DNA from: an uncultured Bacteroidales bacterium
Lineage (GTDB): Bacteria > Bacteroidota > Bacteroidia > Bacteroidales > UBA4417
DNA: 64,000 nucleotides
Assembly: GCA_963714825.1 (NCBI GenBank)
Contig: CAVQQF010000009.1
Span: forward strand, 3,198-67,197
Direction: 5' to 3'
Shown here: positions 40,656 through 50,838 of the stretch, piece after piece
Numbering within the stretch: the first letter of the stretch is position 1
How the letters are laid out: the number at the start of each line of letters is the position of its first letter
The notes under the pieces: generated by a model
What the model was told of the DNA's origin: nothing
The model's input: the letters and a program-made list of their open reading frames with translations, nothing else
The model's database searches: none
Program-made: the position numbers and the translations under genes

Positions 40656-42404
40656 ATGAACGAGTCGTTTACCCGTGTTTTTGACCTTCTGAATATATTG
40701 GCTACCAGGCCTCAAGAGCAAATTATGTTCACTTCGTTATGCAACGGGCAATGGCGTGACTATACTATTGCCAACTATATTGACTATAGCAACCGGACAA
40801 GTATAGCACTGCTTAATATGGACGTAATTAAAGGTGATTGTGTTTTAAGTATTACACAAAACCGTGCGGAGTTTAACTTCATTGATATGGGAATCCTTCA
40901 GATTGGTGCAGTACACGTTCCGCTTGCACCAGGCATATCAAACGACAGGCTTTCGAATATCATTAAAGAGGTGAAACCCAAGGTCCTGTTTATTTCAAAT
41001 AATGCTGTTTACCGTAAATTAAAACAGTTGGACCCAGGAATTGAATCAATACCTGTTATAAGTTTTGAACCGGTTGCTGGACTTACTAATTATAATGATT
41101 TTGTGGGACACGATTCTGTTTCAAAACATGAACCACTGATTGTAAATGCACGAAGTTCAGTTAGTGATTCGGATCCGGCATCGGTTACTTATATTTCAGG
41201 AAACCACACCCCGGTAAGAGGTGTTGTGCTAAGTCACAGGGCACATGTATTTAACCTGCTTAATTTTAGTGAAAACCTTTTTCTTTCCAATCGGCAAAAG
41301 GCCGTAAGTGTTTTACCGCTGGCACACAGTTTTGAGCGCACGATGAACTATGTATTCCAGAATATAAATCTCCCGGTTGTTTATTCCGATAGCTTTTCAA
41401 CAATTCAGACAGTTTTACAGCAGTTTCAGCCTGATGTTATGGTTGCGGTTCCCTATATATTAGAGAAATACGAATCGCAGTTTGAAAATGAAAGTGAGCT
41501 TACTTACAAATTGAAAAATAAAATACTACAGAATGTTGCTGGATGGTTAATTTATCCAAACTCGTTACCGATAACACTGAAACTGCTATTGATCAGCTTG
41601 TTAAAGAGATTCAGGACGGGAAAAGTAAGATCAATATTTGGGGGAAACCTTAATCTGATTATCTGTGGTGGAGCCAAACTTAATGCAGGAACATTACACA
41701 CATTCTGGATGCAGGGGATTGAAATTTACGAAGGTTACGGGCTCACGGAGGCGGGTCCGGTGGTTACCGTTAATGACCGGCACAGGATAAAAGCTGGCTC
41801 AGCAGGCATGCCCTTAAAAGGAGTACAAGTAGCATTAAATCATGATAATGAAATACTGGTGAAAGGCAAAGGGCTTATGTCAGCTTATTATAAAACAGAT
41901 TTTTCATCAATTGATGGAGATGGTTGGTTGCATACTGGCGATGTTGGTACAATTGATAAAAACGGGTACCTTACATTAACGGGTACCCAAAAAAGTATTT
42001 TTAAACTCAAAAACGGTCTGTATGTAAACCCTGAGTATATAGAAAAAACAATAATTTCAGCCACAAATTCTATAAAAAACATATGGGTTTACGGGCATAA
42101 CAGGACTTTTCTCACTGCTATTATAATTCCTGAAAATAAGAGGGTAGTGTCTGCGAACAGCGAAAAAACCGAGCAAACATTAAATGAGCATCAATTTACT
42201 GATTCTGATAAAATCAATTCCCAAATCCACTTAGAAATTAATGAATATAATTCGAATAGTTCGAAATCAGATCATATCGTAAAAATTGAGCTCACCACTG
42301 ATGAATGGACTGCAGATAATGGCTTATTGAATACGGATGGACTCCTTAACAGGCATTCTCTTTACCTCAGGTACCGTAACGAAATTGAAAAAATGTATGC
42401 CTGA
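40656..42404 (+). CDS. Long-chain acyl-CoA-synthetase-like adenylate-forming protein with atypical core motifs
   Basis: ..YEGYGLTEAGP.., ..GWLHTGDVGTIDKNGYLTLTG... The P-loop position reads YISGNHTPVRGV instead of the usual (S/T)GTTGxPKG. Confidence 0.7.
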   Translation: MNESFTRVFDLLNILATRPQEQIMFTSLCNGQWRDYTIANYIDYSNRTSIALLNMDVIKGDCVLSITQNRAEFNFIDMGILQIGAVHVPLAPGISNDRLSNIIKEVKPKVLFISNNAVYRKLKQLDPGIESIPVISFEPVAGLTNYNDFVGHDSVSKHEPLIVNARSSVSDSDPASVTYISGNHTPVRGVVLSHRAHVFNLLNFSENLFLSNRQKAVSVLPLAHSFERTMNYVFQNINLPVVYSDSFSTIQTVLQQFQPDVMVAVPYILEKYESQFENESELTYKLKNKILQNVAGWLIYPNSLPITLKLLLISLLKRFRTGKVRSIFGGNLNLIICGGAKLNAGTLHTFWMQGIEIYEGYGLTEAGPVVTVNDRHRIKAGSAGMPLKGVQVALNHDNEILVKGKGLMSAYYKTDFSSIDGDGWLHTGDVGTIDKNGYLTLTGTQKSIFKLKNGLYVNPEYIEKTIISATNSIKNIWVYGHNRTFLTAIIIPENKRVVSANSEKTEQTLNEHQFTDSDKINSQIHLEINEYNSNSSKSDHIVKIELTTDEWTADNGLLNTDGLLNRHSLYLRYRNEIEKMYA

Positions 42405-42441
42405 GAGCAATCCTTTCAGGGATAAGGGCTAAGATAAAAAG

Positions 42442-43569
42442 TTACATTATTCTCCTCACTGCAGGTATTTGCAGCAGCGACCATGCTAATCCAAAAGTTA
42501 AAACCAGCGCTGTCGGAGCCACCATCGAAAATTTCAACAAGGGATGCAGACCCGTTCCTGCAAAGGCATAAAAAAACAAGGAACAAACAAGTGGATGGAG
42601 GAAATAGGCAAGCAATACGCTACGGCCAAGAGCAGCTGCCAGTTTTCCCGGTTTATTAATCCATTTACGGAATACTACAATGGCTATCATTCCTGTTCCA
42701 AAAGTCTTTATTATTTCCCAATAGGCATAAAACAGGGATGCTGCTGAACCGGGCTGTGTTATCAGCCTGAATTGCATATTCTGTTTGAATATTAGAAGCA
42801 AGATGACCGGTATTACCATTACCACCAGCGCTGCGATAAACCAGGGCTTCGAATTTTTAAATGTTACTTTCTCAAGCCATTGATACCTTGCTGCTGCCGT
42901 TCCCAGGAAAAATGATGTTCCAAAAAACACCATCGATCCCAATGGCCGACTCCCGACGGAGTCACCACCCATCGGAAAAATAATCCTGGTAATAAAACTG
43001 GCTGCTCCAACAATAAGAAAAAACACTACTATTTTACCCGGAGCTGGAAAGGAATCATTTTTAGGTTTGTAAAGTCCATTTGGAAATATATGGTAAAAAA
43101 ATGCATATACCACCGAAAAAAACAGGATGAGCACAATAAACCACATAACACCAAGATAGCCATAAACGCCTGATTTGTATGTCTCTGTAATAAACTGAAT
43201 AAAAGAATGATCTTCTCCTTTTGCCAGGGTAGTGATATACCTGGCTATGGGCCCTAATATAAAATAATACAATACCAGTGGTATTGATAGCCTGATGATC
43301 CTCTCTGACACAAACCTTTTGAAACCTTTTTTCTGTATTGAAGGGTATGTAAAATATCCTGCAATAAAAATAAACATCCCCATAAGGAATGAATAAGCAA
43401 AAAGTATGAACAATGAAAGTACTGCTTTGGTAACAAAATCATTATTCTGTTCCAGGTAGCTCCATCTACCGCCCCCGATAGCTCCGTAACTCACAGCAAT
43501 ATGCCCTGTAATTACATAGGCAATCAGAAAAACTTTAATATTATCGAGGTATACGAGCCTTTGTCTCAT
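42442..43569 (-). CDS. Acyltransferase family 3 (integral membrane O-acyltransferase)
   Basis: MRQRLVYLDNIKVFLIAYVITGHI.. is a typical N-terminus. About 10 TM segments. Confidence 0.8.
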   Translation of the reverse strand: MRQRLVYLDNIKVFLIAYVITGHIAVSYGAIGGGRWSYLEQNNDFVTKAVLSLFILFAYSFLMGMFIFIAGYFTYPSIQKKGFKRFVSERIIRLSIPLVLYYFILGPIARYITTLAKGEDHSFIQFITETYKSGVYGYLGVMWFIVLILFFSVVYAFFYHIFPNGLYKPKNDSFPAPGKIVVFFLIVGAASFITRIIFPMGGDSVGSRPLGSMVFFGTSFFLGTAAARYQWLEKVTFKNSKPWFIAALVVMVIPVILLLIFKQNMQFRLITQPGSAASLFYAYWEIIKTFGTGMIAIVVFRKWINKPGKLAAALGRSVLLAYFLHPLVCSLFFYAFAGTGLHPLLKFSMVAPTALVLTFGLAWSLLQIPAVRRIM

Positions 43570-43643
43570 GTTTAAAAATAGGAAATGGGTGTTTTATTTA
43601 ATCGCCAAAGGTAAGCATTATGCATACTCGCATTTAATACAAC

Positions 43644-45044
43644 CTATGGCTTATGCGCGGCTTTTTCCGATTTCAGCCAGTGCGAGTATCGCTTGTCGCC
43701 GGCACTGATATCCTCCTCGAACGACAGGCAATAGTAGTTATAGTTCGAAATATACCCCCACATGGCATAGCTTAACTTACGCAGGTTCCATAGCGATCGT
43801 CTGAATTGCGTCCTTACACTTTTTCGGTTATAAATCTTAATCCTTATATCGCGCATGGTTTCCCTTAGCTCTTCTGCTTCCATTTGTTTTGGGGCAATAA
43901 CTGTTTCCATAAAATCGTAGCGCCCCCAGTCCTCAGGGTAATTCGTATATAAAATACGGTTCTCCGATTTAAGCCTGTTATATAGCCCGGTGCCGGGCAA
44001 CGGAGTGAGAATGGTCGTTTGCCATGCATCCACACTCGATTTCAGGATGTATTGAGCCCGGGCATAGAGTGCTTGTATCGAATCGGAATCCATTCCAAAA
44101 ATAAATGCGCCCAGTATGCTGATACGATATTTGTGAATCTTACGAAAAACCTCTTTATAGGCATCCACACCCATATGCAGGTTCATTTTTTTCCCGGCTT
44201 CTTTAAGTTGTTCAGCTTTTTCGGATTCAATACCAATGAGTACCATGCGGCAGCCACTCCGGGCCGCCCATTTCAGCACTTCCTCGTTATCGGCGAAATT
44301 AAGCGAAACCTGCCCTATCCAATCTATTTTTATTCCTCTGTCAACAATGCCTTTAAATAATTCAATGGCACGTTCCTGGCTTTTTTTACCATAGCCTATA
44401 ATATTGTCATCGAAAAAGAATACCAGTTTTGTGGGCAAAATTTCAAGCTCATCGAGCACTTCGCTGATCGGTCGTAAGCGGTACTGGCAGCCGTTAAATG
44501 TTGAAACGGAGCAGAAATCGCATTGCATCGGGCATCCCCGGGTGGTTTGAATGGCCGAAAACAAATATTGCTTGCTCAGCAAATCGTGGCGAGGCATGGG
44601 TTTACCACCCAATTCAACCAATTCGCCAATGTATTTTTTCTGAAGCTGCTTATTTTCGAAGTCAGAAATCACTTTCGCCCAGATACTTTCGGCTTCGCCA
44701 ATAACAACAGCATCAACATATTGCAAGGCCTCGTCGGGAAGCATGGAGGCGTGAATGCCACCCATGACAGTGGGGATATTATGTTCCCTGTAAATTGCGG
44801 CAAGTTCATAGGCCCTGGGTGTTGTTGAGGTAAACGAAGTAAACCCAACCAGGTCGGCTTCTTCGAAAACAAAAGGATCAAAATTCTCGTCCAGTATTTT
44901 TATGTCCCATCCATCGTGAGTTAAGCCAGCAATAATAGCCAGGTTCAGAGGCGGGTAAGTTGACAGGTTGCGCATTCGCAGACCTTTGCGACGCTGGTTA
45001 GCAGGATTAATTAAAAGTAATTTTCTTTTTTGAAGTTCAATCAT
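43644..45044 (-). CDS. B12-binding-domain radical SAM protein
   Basis: N-terminal Rossmann-like B12-type region (..LLLINPANQ..VGFTSFT..). Radical SAM cluster motif ..TTRGCPMQCDFCSV... Confidence 0.8.
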   Translation of the reverse strand: MIELQKRKLLLINPANQRRKGLRMRNLSTYPPLNLAIIAGLTHDGWDIKILDENFDPFVFEEADLVGFTSFTSTTPRAYELAAIYREHNIPTVMGGIHASMLPDEALQYVDAVVIGEAESIWAKVISDFENKQLQKKYIGELVELGGKPMPRHDLLSKQYLFSAIQTTRGCPMQCDFCSVSTFNGCQYRLRPISEVLDELEILPTKLVFFFDDNIIGYGKKSQERAIELFKGIVDRGIKIDWIGQVSLNFADNEEVLKWAARSGCRMVLIGIESEKAEQLKEAGKKMNLHMGVDAYKEVFRKIHKYRISILGAFIFGMDSDSIQALYARAQYILKSSVDAWQTTILTPLPGTGLYNRLKSENRILYTNYPEDWGRYDFMETVIAPKQMEAEELRETMRDIRIKIYNRKSVRTQFRRSLWNLRKLSYAMWGYISNYNYYCLSFEEDISAGDKRYSHWLKSEKAAHKP

Positions 45045-45289
45045 TAAAGGAGGTAGTTTTTCAAACCCTGATTACACAGGTTTACGGGCTTCAAATGTAG
45101 AGAGAATCATATTAATAAGTATAGATACATTGAAAGGAAATTAAAATTTTACCTGATTTGCCGTATAAAAGGATGCAAAAATCAAAAAAAATACAGTGAA
45201 ACAAACATTTATTTTTAAAAAGCGGTAGGTATAATTCATATTTAATTATATTCGCTCCGCTTAAATCCGTATTTCTACTTCTCTGAATC

Positions 45290-46681
45290 ATGCTAAAATA
45301 CTGCCTTTTTACAGCATTGCTATTTTTTTCCCTCAACCGTTCGTATAGTCAGTTTGTAGTAAAAGATGTTTTGGCTGTAAGTCCACAGGCAAGTATTTTT
45401 AATCCTGAATATAATACAACACTTAACCTTGTTTGTTGGGAATCAGATGAAGGCCAGCTTTGGGTTTGTGGTCTGGATCCTGTTACACGCCTTTTCAATC
45501 CTGAAAATGGCAGAGGGACATTTGTAACCGACAATTTATCGCCTGCTGGTGTCGAAAACATGAACGGCCCCGAATGGATGCTGAGCACACAGGGAACCCA
45601 GATCGTGTACAATAAAAATATTTGTGGAATCCAATATCCCGGTATTTCGACCAAAGTGCTCGGAGGCTGGACCAGCACGACACTTTTCCAATACCCACAT
45701 GCCATATATTCAATGGCTTCATCTAATTATGCAGATACGGTTGCCCGCTTTCTTTTCGAAACATATGATGATAGAGGGATATATTGGGTTAAAAATACTG
45801 ATTTAAATACCCGGTATCATTATCCGGAAGTTACCCTTGGTTTTTTTGCCCGCGATAATCAGCAGATATGCTGTGCTACCAACAAATCGAGGTACCCTGG
45901 ATTTATTGAGACCACGTGCAGCCTCCCCTATTTTACTTCCATTTCCAATGACACTATTGGCGCTCCTTTCATGTGGTATGACCCAGCAAGCAACAGCCGC
46001 TTGTTTATGTACAGAACCAATGGCTTTAAAACCCTCAAAATAATGCAGGAAATCAGTCAGGATTTCTGGGTTTTATACAAACAGTTTGACAGCCCTTTAC
46101 CCGAACCTTACATTTATATCACCTCACCCGAACCTTTTACCTGTGGAGGCCAATCGTATATTTCGTTTATGGCGGCCCAGTCAGGCGCCGGAAGAGAAGG
46201 ATTGCCTGCCGAGATATGGATAGCTTCCGCTGATCCGGCTGATTCATTAATGAGAAGAGTAAGCGACACCACCGTAGCCATACGAACCGACCCCGAACCT
46301 GTTGTGTTTGCCGACAGCGCTTTTATTTACTACACCGACATAATTGTTAATGATCAGGCTATGGTGCAATACAGCGTGCGGAAATGTGACACGGGCCTGG
46401 CAAATATTATAACCACCCAAAAAACACAAAACTTGTCGTCACCTGCTATTTCAGTTTTCCCAAATCCAAATAACGGCAGGTTTACTCTTCAAACAAACAA
46501 AGCATTTGCTTCAGGTTCAAAGATTTTTGTTTTTGACATGGCTGGCCGACAGGTTTTCTATACGATTACCGAAGGATACCGACCGGAGTTAAACCTTGGA
46601 AATTTACCGGCAGGGAACTATTCGCTTAAAATTGTGAATCAGAATGAGGAAGCATATGTCCTATTTACCATCAATGACTAA
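45290..46681 (+). CDS. Hypothetical secreted protein with a T9SS C-terminal sorting domain (463 aa)
   Basis: Signal peptide MLKYCLFTALLFFSLNRSYSQ. C-terminus ISVFPNPNNGRFTLQ..FVFDMAGRQV..LPAGNYSLKIV... Confidence 0.75.
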   Translation: MLKYCLFTALLFFSLNRSYSQFVVKDVLAVSPQASIFNPEYNTTLNLVCWESDEGQLWVCGLDPVTRLFNPENGRGTFVTDNLSPAGVENMNGPEWMLSTQGTQIVYNKNICGIQYPGISTKVLGGWTSTTLFQYPHAIYSMASSNYADTVARFLFETYDDRGIYWVKNTDLNTRYHYPEVTLGFFARDNQQICCATNKSRYPGFIETTCSLPYFTSISNDTIGAPFMWYDPASNSRLFMYRTNGFKTLKIMQEISQDFWVLYKQFDSPLPEPYIYITSPEPFTCGGQSYISFMAAQSGAGREGLPAEIWIASADPADSLMRRVSDTTVAIRTDPEPVVFADSAFIYYTDIIVNDQAMVQYSVRKCDTGLANIITTQKTQNLSSPAISVFPNPNNGRFTLQTNKAFASGSKIFVFDMAGRQVFYTITEGYRPELNLGNLPAGNYSLKIVNQNEEAYVLFTIND

Positions 46682-46917
46682 TATCCTCTTAAAAATTTGC
46701 TTTTAATTATGTTAGCTGCTCTTATCAATTAAGTTATCGGTCACCCTGAAACGACACTGCAGGATAAGCACAAATGGCAGTGAACAGACAAAATTTAGTT
46801 TTAAAAGGCTATGGTTTTAAAAAATGCAATAAGCCGAACCTGACCAAAAAGCGAATCATGAAATTCCTAAATGTTTTTATTTTGGAATAGTTTTAGGATT
46901 TTGCTTATCTTTACCCT

Positions 46918-48135
46918 ATGAAAACAATAGCACGTAAACGGTACTTAGATACACTTAGTGTTCTTAAAGATAAGAATTTAATAAAGGTTGCCACAGGTGT
47001 AAGGCGCTGTGGAAAATCAACTTTAATGACACAATTTCAAGACTTGTTGCGTAAAGAAAACGGCAAAGTTTCCATTTTGGCGATCAATATGGATATGCCC
47101 GAATTTCGGTTTTTAGCAGAACAAAATTGGAAAGAGATTTACGATTACATCATTAAGCATCTCAAAAAAAACGCAACCAATTATGTGTTTATTGACGAAG
47201 TGCAAAACGTTCCCGAATTTGAAAAACTATTGGAAGGCTTGTACGTTCATCCAAACATAGATTTGTACGTTACAGGTTCAAACGCATTTTTATTATCAAG
47301 CGAATTGGCAACTTTGCTTACTGGCAGAGCTTATGAAATAAATGTATTGCCTTTTTCTTTTGCTGAATATTTAGAGTTCACAGGCAAAACCGCAAACCCT
47401 GACCGTGCTTTTGCTGAATATGTGCGTACAGGTGGTTTTCCCGAGGCTGTGCGACTTTCAGCGGACGGAAATCATTTTGCAAATGAATATTTGCAAACGG
47501 TTTTCAAAAACATTTACGACAACGATATTTCTAAACGCTATACTATTTATGCCGAACAATCATATCAGGAAGTTGTAAGCTTCTTAATAGATTCAGTTGG
47601 TTCAAGAGTTTCAGCAGGAAACATTGCCAAAGTTTTAACAAAAAACAAAAAGAAAATTGACAACAAAACGGTGTCAAAGTACATTGACACTTTGGTTGAA
47701 GCCTATTTGTTTTACAAAGTAAACCGCTATGATATCAAAGGCAAACAACATTTGGCAACGCAGGAAAAATACTATTTGGTGGATTTGGGATTTCGCAACG
47801 CAATCCTTGGAAAAGAATCGGTAAGCGATGCAGGACATTTACTTGAAAATATAATTTATCTTGAGCTAAAACGCAGAAACAACCAGGTATGGATAGGAAA
47901 AACCAACAATTTAGAAGTTGATTTTGTTGTTCGCAACAACGAAGGTTTTACACAATACATTCAGGTTTCGCAAACAGTACAAAACTCAACGACTTTAGAA
48001 CGTGAGTTAGCACCATTTGACAGTATTGCAGACCATCACGAAAAACTTTTAATCACAATGGATTACGAGACAGGTACATATAATGGAATAAAAAAAATAA
48101 ACGCAATAGATTGGCTTACAAAGACCTATAAATAA
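46918..48135 (+). CDS. AAA-family ATPase (AAA_14/DUF4143-like architecture)
   Basis: Walker A ..GVRRCGKSTLM.., Walker B ..VFIDEVQ... The C-terminal ..VDFVV.. region is typical of this family. Confidence 0.75.
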   Translation: MKTIARKRYLDTLSVLKDKNLIKVATGVRRCGKSTLMTQFQDLLRKENGKVSILAINMDMPEFRFLAEQNWKEIYDYIIKHLKKNATNYVFIDEVQNVPEFEKLLEGLYVHPNIDLYVTGSNAFLLSSELATLLTGRAYEINVLPFSFAEYLEFTGKTANPDRAFAEYVRTGGFPEAVRLSADGNHFANEYLQTVFKNIYDNDISKRYTIYAEQSYQEVVSFLIDSVGSRVSAGNIAKVLTKNKKKIDNKTVSKYIDTLVEAYLFYKVNRYDIKGKQHLATQEKYYLVDLGFRNAILGKESVSDAGHLLENIIYLELKRRNNQVWIGKTNNLEVDFVVRNNEGFTQYIQVSQTVQNSTTLERELAPFDSIADHHEKLLITMDYETGTYNGIKKINAIDWLTKTYK

Positions 48136-48152
48136 GGGAGAACCGATAACAC

Positions 48153-48262
48153 GCAATATATCCAATGGCGTGGGAAGTTGTAATTTGAAACTTCCTACCC
48201 CGCATCAAAGCATGCATCGGTGGACAATGAACAAGTCCGCAAACCGCCACTGGATATATTGC
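48153..48262. repeat. 18-bp inverted repeat (17/18 match) enclosing a 7-bp hairpin
   Basis: gcaatatatccaatggcg (48153-48170) pairs with cgccactggatatattgc (48245-48262). The inner hairpin is ggaagtt..aacttcc (48173-48195). Confidence 0.6.
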
Positions 48263-48558
48263 CAAACGGTGGCAGGAACTGGTATACTTAAATTTTATTT
48301 TGGTTTCTACCCTGGTTAATTCAAAAAAGACAAAAGGTTCAAAATTTATAAAGGTATTTTTTTCCGCCTGACTTCAATCTTTTACTTTTTTTCTTTTCTC
48401 TTCTACAAGAATAATGCAGGCTACATAGCTCGGGTCATAAGATTATTCCAATCAAAGACTCTTATAAACAAAACACTTCCCGAAAACCACTTAAACAGAT
48501 AATTTTGCATAAATTTGCCACTTATCAAACATCCACTAAATTTTAACTCAACAATTCA

Positions 48559-48786
48559 ATGATTGAAGATTTCATCCTAAAAATAGAAGCCGAATTCGAA
48601 GACCTGGAACCCGGAAAACTGAAACCCGAAAGTAATTTCCGCGATGCTTTCGAGTGGAATTCAATAAATGCACTGATACTGATTGCCCTTATCAAAACCG
48701 AGTATAACGTATCGATCAATGCCGAAGATATTCAAAAATCGAAATCGGTGAATGATATTTTCGAAATAGTAAAAAGCAGGATATAA
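48559..48786 (+). CDS. Acyl carrier protein-like (75 aa)
   Basis: Small acidic four-helix-type protein with a candidate phosphopantetheine Ser in ..FEWNSINALILI... Its stop overlaps the start of the next gene (TAATG). Confidence 0.7.
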   Translation: MIEDFILKIEAEFEDLEPGKLKPESNFRDAFEWNSINALILIALIKTEYNVSINAEDIQKSKSVNDIFEIVKSRI

Positions 48787-49841
48787 TGGCTATTTTCTCC
48801 ATCCCCGGTGTACGCCTTGCAGGTATTGCAGCAGCAGCGCCTCGCAAGGAAGTGTCGAACTACGACTACAAATGGGTTTCGGCAAAAGATCGTGAAATGA
48901 TCGTGAAAACCGTGGGAGTGGAAAAACGTCGTGTGGCAGAGCCGGGAACTACAACTTCGGATCTTTGTTACGTAGCCGCCGAAAAACTAATTGCTGACCT
49001 GGGTTGGGATAAAAGTGAAATTGAATTACTTATTTTTATCAGCCAGTCGCGCGATTATATTATACCATCCACTTCGGGTATTATACAGGACAGGCTGGGC
49101 TTACCTCACAGCTGTGTAGCTTACGATATAGGGCTGGGTTGTTCGGGATGGGTGTACGGAGTTTCGGCAATTGCAAGTATGATGTCGGCAACAAAAATTA
49201 AAAAAGCATTGTTGCTGGTTGGCGATATTTCGACTCTTACAGCATCGTACCGCGATAAAAGCACCTACCCCTTGTTTGGCGACGCCGCCACAGCCACAGC
49301 ATTCGAGCTGAGCGATACTGCAGCGCCCATACATTTCAACCTCGAGTCCGACGGATCGGGATATGATGCCATCATCATTCCCGATGGTGGATTACGGAAT
49401 TTTATCAGTAAAAAATCCTTCGATTACAAAAAATACGGTAACGGCATTTACCGAACCCGCTTCCAGATTGCACTTAACGGCATCGACGTATTCAATTTCG
49501 CTTTGCGCGAAGTAGTTCCCAATGCCAAAAAGCTGATGCAGGAAATATCGAAAACCACTGCCGATTTCGATTACCTGGTTTTGCACCAGGCGAATCGCCT
49601 GATGAACGAAACCATACGCAAAATGATGAAGATGGAAAAAGAAAAGACTCCCTATACCATCAGCAATTATGGCAATACCAGTTCGGCATCCATCCCGCTT
49701 ACCATTGTTGACCAGCTTCGCGAACATATCACGACCCGAAAAGTACAATTGCTTACCTGCGGTTTTGGCGTAGGCTTGTCGTGGGGAAGTGTTGCTATTG
49801 AACTGGACAAGGTGGTATGCCCTGAGGTGATTGATTTTTGA
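48786..49841 (+). CDS. 3-oxoacyl-ACP synthase III (FabH-like)
   Basis: Catalytic triad contexts ..GLGCSGWVYG.., ..LHQANRLMNE.., ..YGNTSSASIP... Confidence 0.85.
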   Translation: MAIFSIPGVRLAGIAAAAPRKEVSNYDYKWVSAKDREMIVKTVGVEKRRVAEPGTTTSDLCYVAAEKLIADLGWDKSEIELLIFISQSRDYIIPSTSGIIQDRLGLPHSCVAYDIGLGCSGWVYGVSAIASMMSATKIKKALLLVGDISTLTASYRDKSTYPLFGDAATATAFELSDTAAPIHFNLESDGSGYDAIIIPDGGLRNFISKKSFDYKKYGNGIYRTRFQIALNGIDVFNFALREVVPNAKKLMQEISKTTADFDYLVLHQANRLMNETIRKMMKMEKEKTPYTISNYGNTSSASIPLTIVDQLREHITTRKVQLLTCGFGVGLSWGSVAIELDKVVCPEVIDF

Positions 49842-49842
49842 A

Positions 49843-49930
49843 GAGATTGAGAGGATAGAAAAGATTGAAGGGATTGAAGGCTTGCCTGCTGCAAGCAGGG
49901 ATTGAAGAGATTGATGGGGTGATGGAGTGA
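49843..49930. repeat. gattgaag-type word repeats with the hairpin cctgct-gca-agcagg (49885..49899)
   Basis: agagattgagaggatagaaaagattgaagggattgaagg..gggattgaagagattgatggggtgatgg, right after the KASIII stop. Confidence 0.8.
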
Positions 49931-50049
49931 ACTAATTGAAAAGCAATTGTTAACAAGAATATCAACTTGTGCCTTTAATTCAATTTTCATCAGCAAAACC
50001 CTACTTATTACTATCCCGATAGCTAACGGAACCTAACTCCTTATTTCAG

Positions 50050-50784
50050 ATGCCTGATTCGTTCACACTTAAAGGAAAAACAGTTTTTATTACCGGCGCC
50101 ACATCAGGAATCGGGAAACAGGCAGCCATTGATATGAGTGCTGCCGGAGCAACACTGATTATTACGGGGCGCAGCGAGGAACGGCTTTCGGAAACCCTGG
50201 CCGCACTTCATGGCGAAGGTCACACGCAATTTGTCGCCGACCTGATGGATTTTGATGCATTTATTACCCTGGCTGAGGGCCTCCCCTTGCTCAACGGTGT
50301 TGTTCATTCTGCTGGTGTTACCGGTCATTTACCTGCTAAATTCATAGGAGCTGATGATATTTCGCTTATGATGCGGATAAATTATATGGCGCCGGTGCTA
50401 CTCACTTCTGCATTACTGCGAAAGAAAAAAATCGCCCCGAACGCTTCATTGATTTTTATGTCGTCGATAACTACAAAATACCCATACTACGGAGGAGCGC
50501 TTTATGGCAGCAGCAAAGCAGCTATCGAAGCTTATTCGCGGGTGCTTTCAATCGAACTGGCTGCCAAAGGCATACGGTCGAATTGCATTTCACCTTCCTT
50601 CGTACGCACACCAATGGTGGATGATGCCGGCAAAACCATAAGCAACGAAGTACTCGAAAAATTCGAAAAAATGATGCCCCTTGGTTTCGGCGAACCGGAA
50701 GATGTGAGTAACGCTATTGTTTACCTGCTTTCGGATGCATCCAAATGGGTGACCGGAAGCAATATGGTGCTGGGTGGAGGATAA
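50050..50784 (+). CDS. Short-chain dehydrogenase/reductase (FabG-like)
   Basis: ..ITGATSGIGKQAA.. (TGxxxGxG) and ..YGSSKAAIEAY.. (YxxxK). Confidence 0.88.
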   Translation: MPDSFTLKGKTVFITGATSGIGKQAAIDMSAAGATLIITGRSEERLSETLAALHGEGHTQFVADLMDFDAFITLAEGLPLLNGVVHSAGVTGHLPAKFIGADDISLMMRINYMAPVLLTSALLRKKKIAPNASLIFMSSITTKYPYYGGALYGSSKAAIEAYSRVLSIELAAKGIRSNCISPSFVRTPMVDDAGKTISNEVLEKFEKMMPLGFGEPEDVSNAIVYLLSDASKWVTGSNMVLGGG

Positions 50785-50838
50785 GAAATATTGATTGTAC
50801 CAAGGATAAATAGAATTGGGTTTAAATGGTCGGAAGAC

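Noticed and set aside
45119-45153. Possible fifth copy of the 37-nt motif upstream of the radical SAM gene (tatagatacattgaaaggaaattaaaattttacc)
   Set aside because: It shares only TATAGA.AC.TTGAAA and TTTTACC. The spacing between the two halves is ~7 nt longer and the CTACAAG end is missing. It is too weak to count.
46918-48135. AAA ATPase as the core of a defence system
   Set aside because: It is a single gene with a common AAA/DUF4143-type architecture. I saw no nuclease, methylase, toxin or other partner adjacent, so nothing in the sequence supports a defence call.
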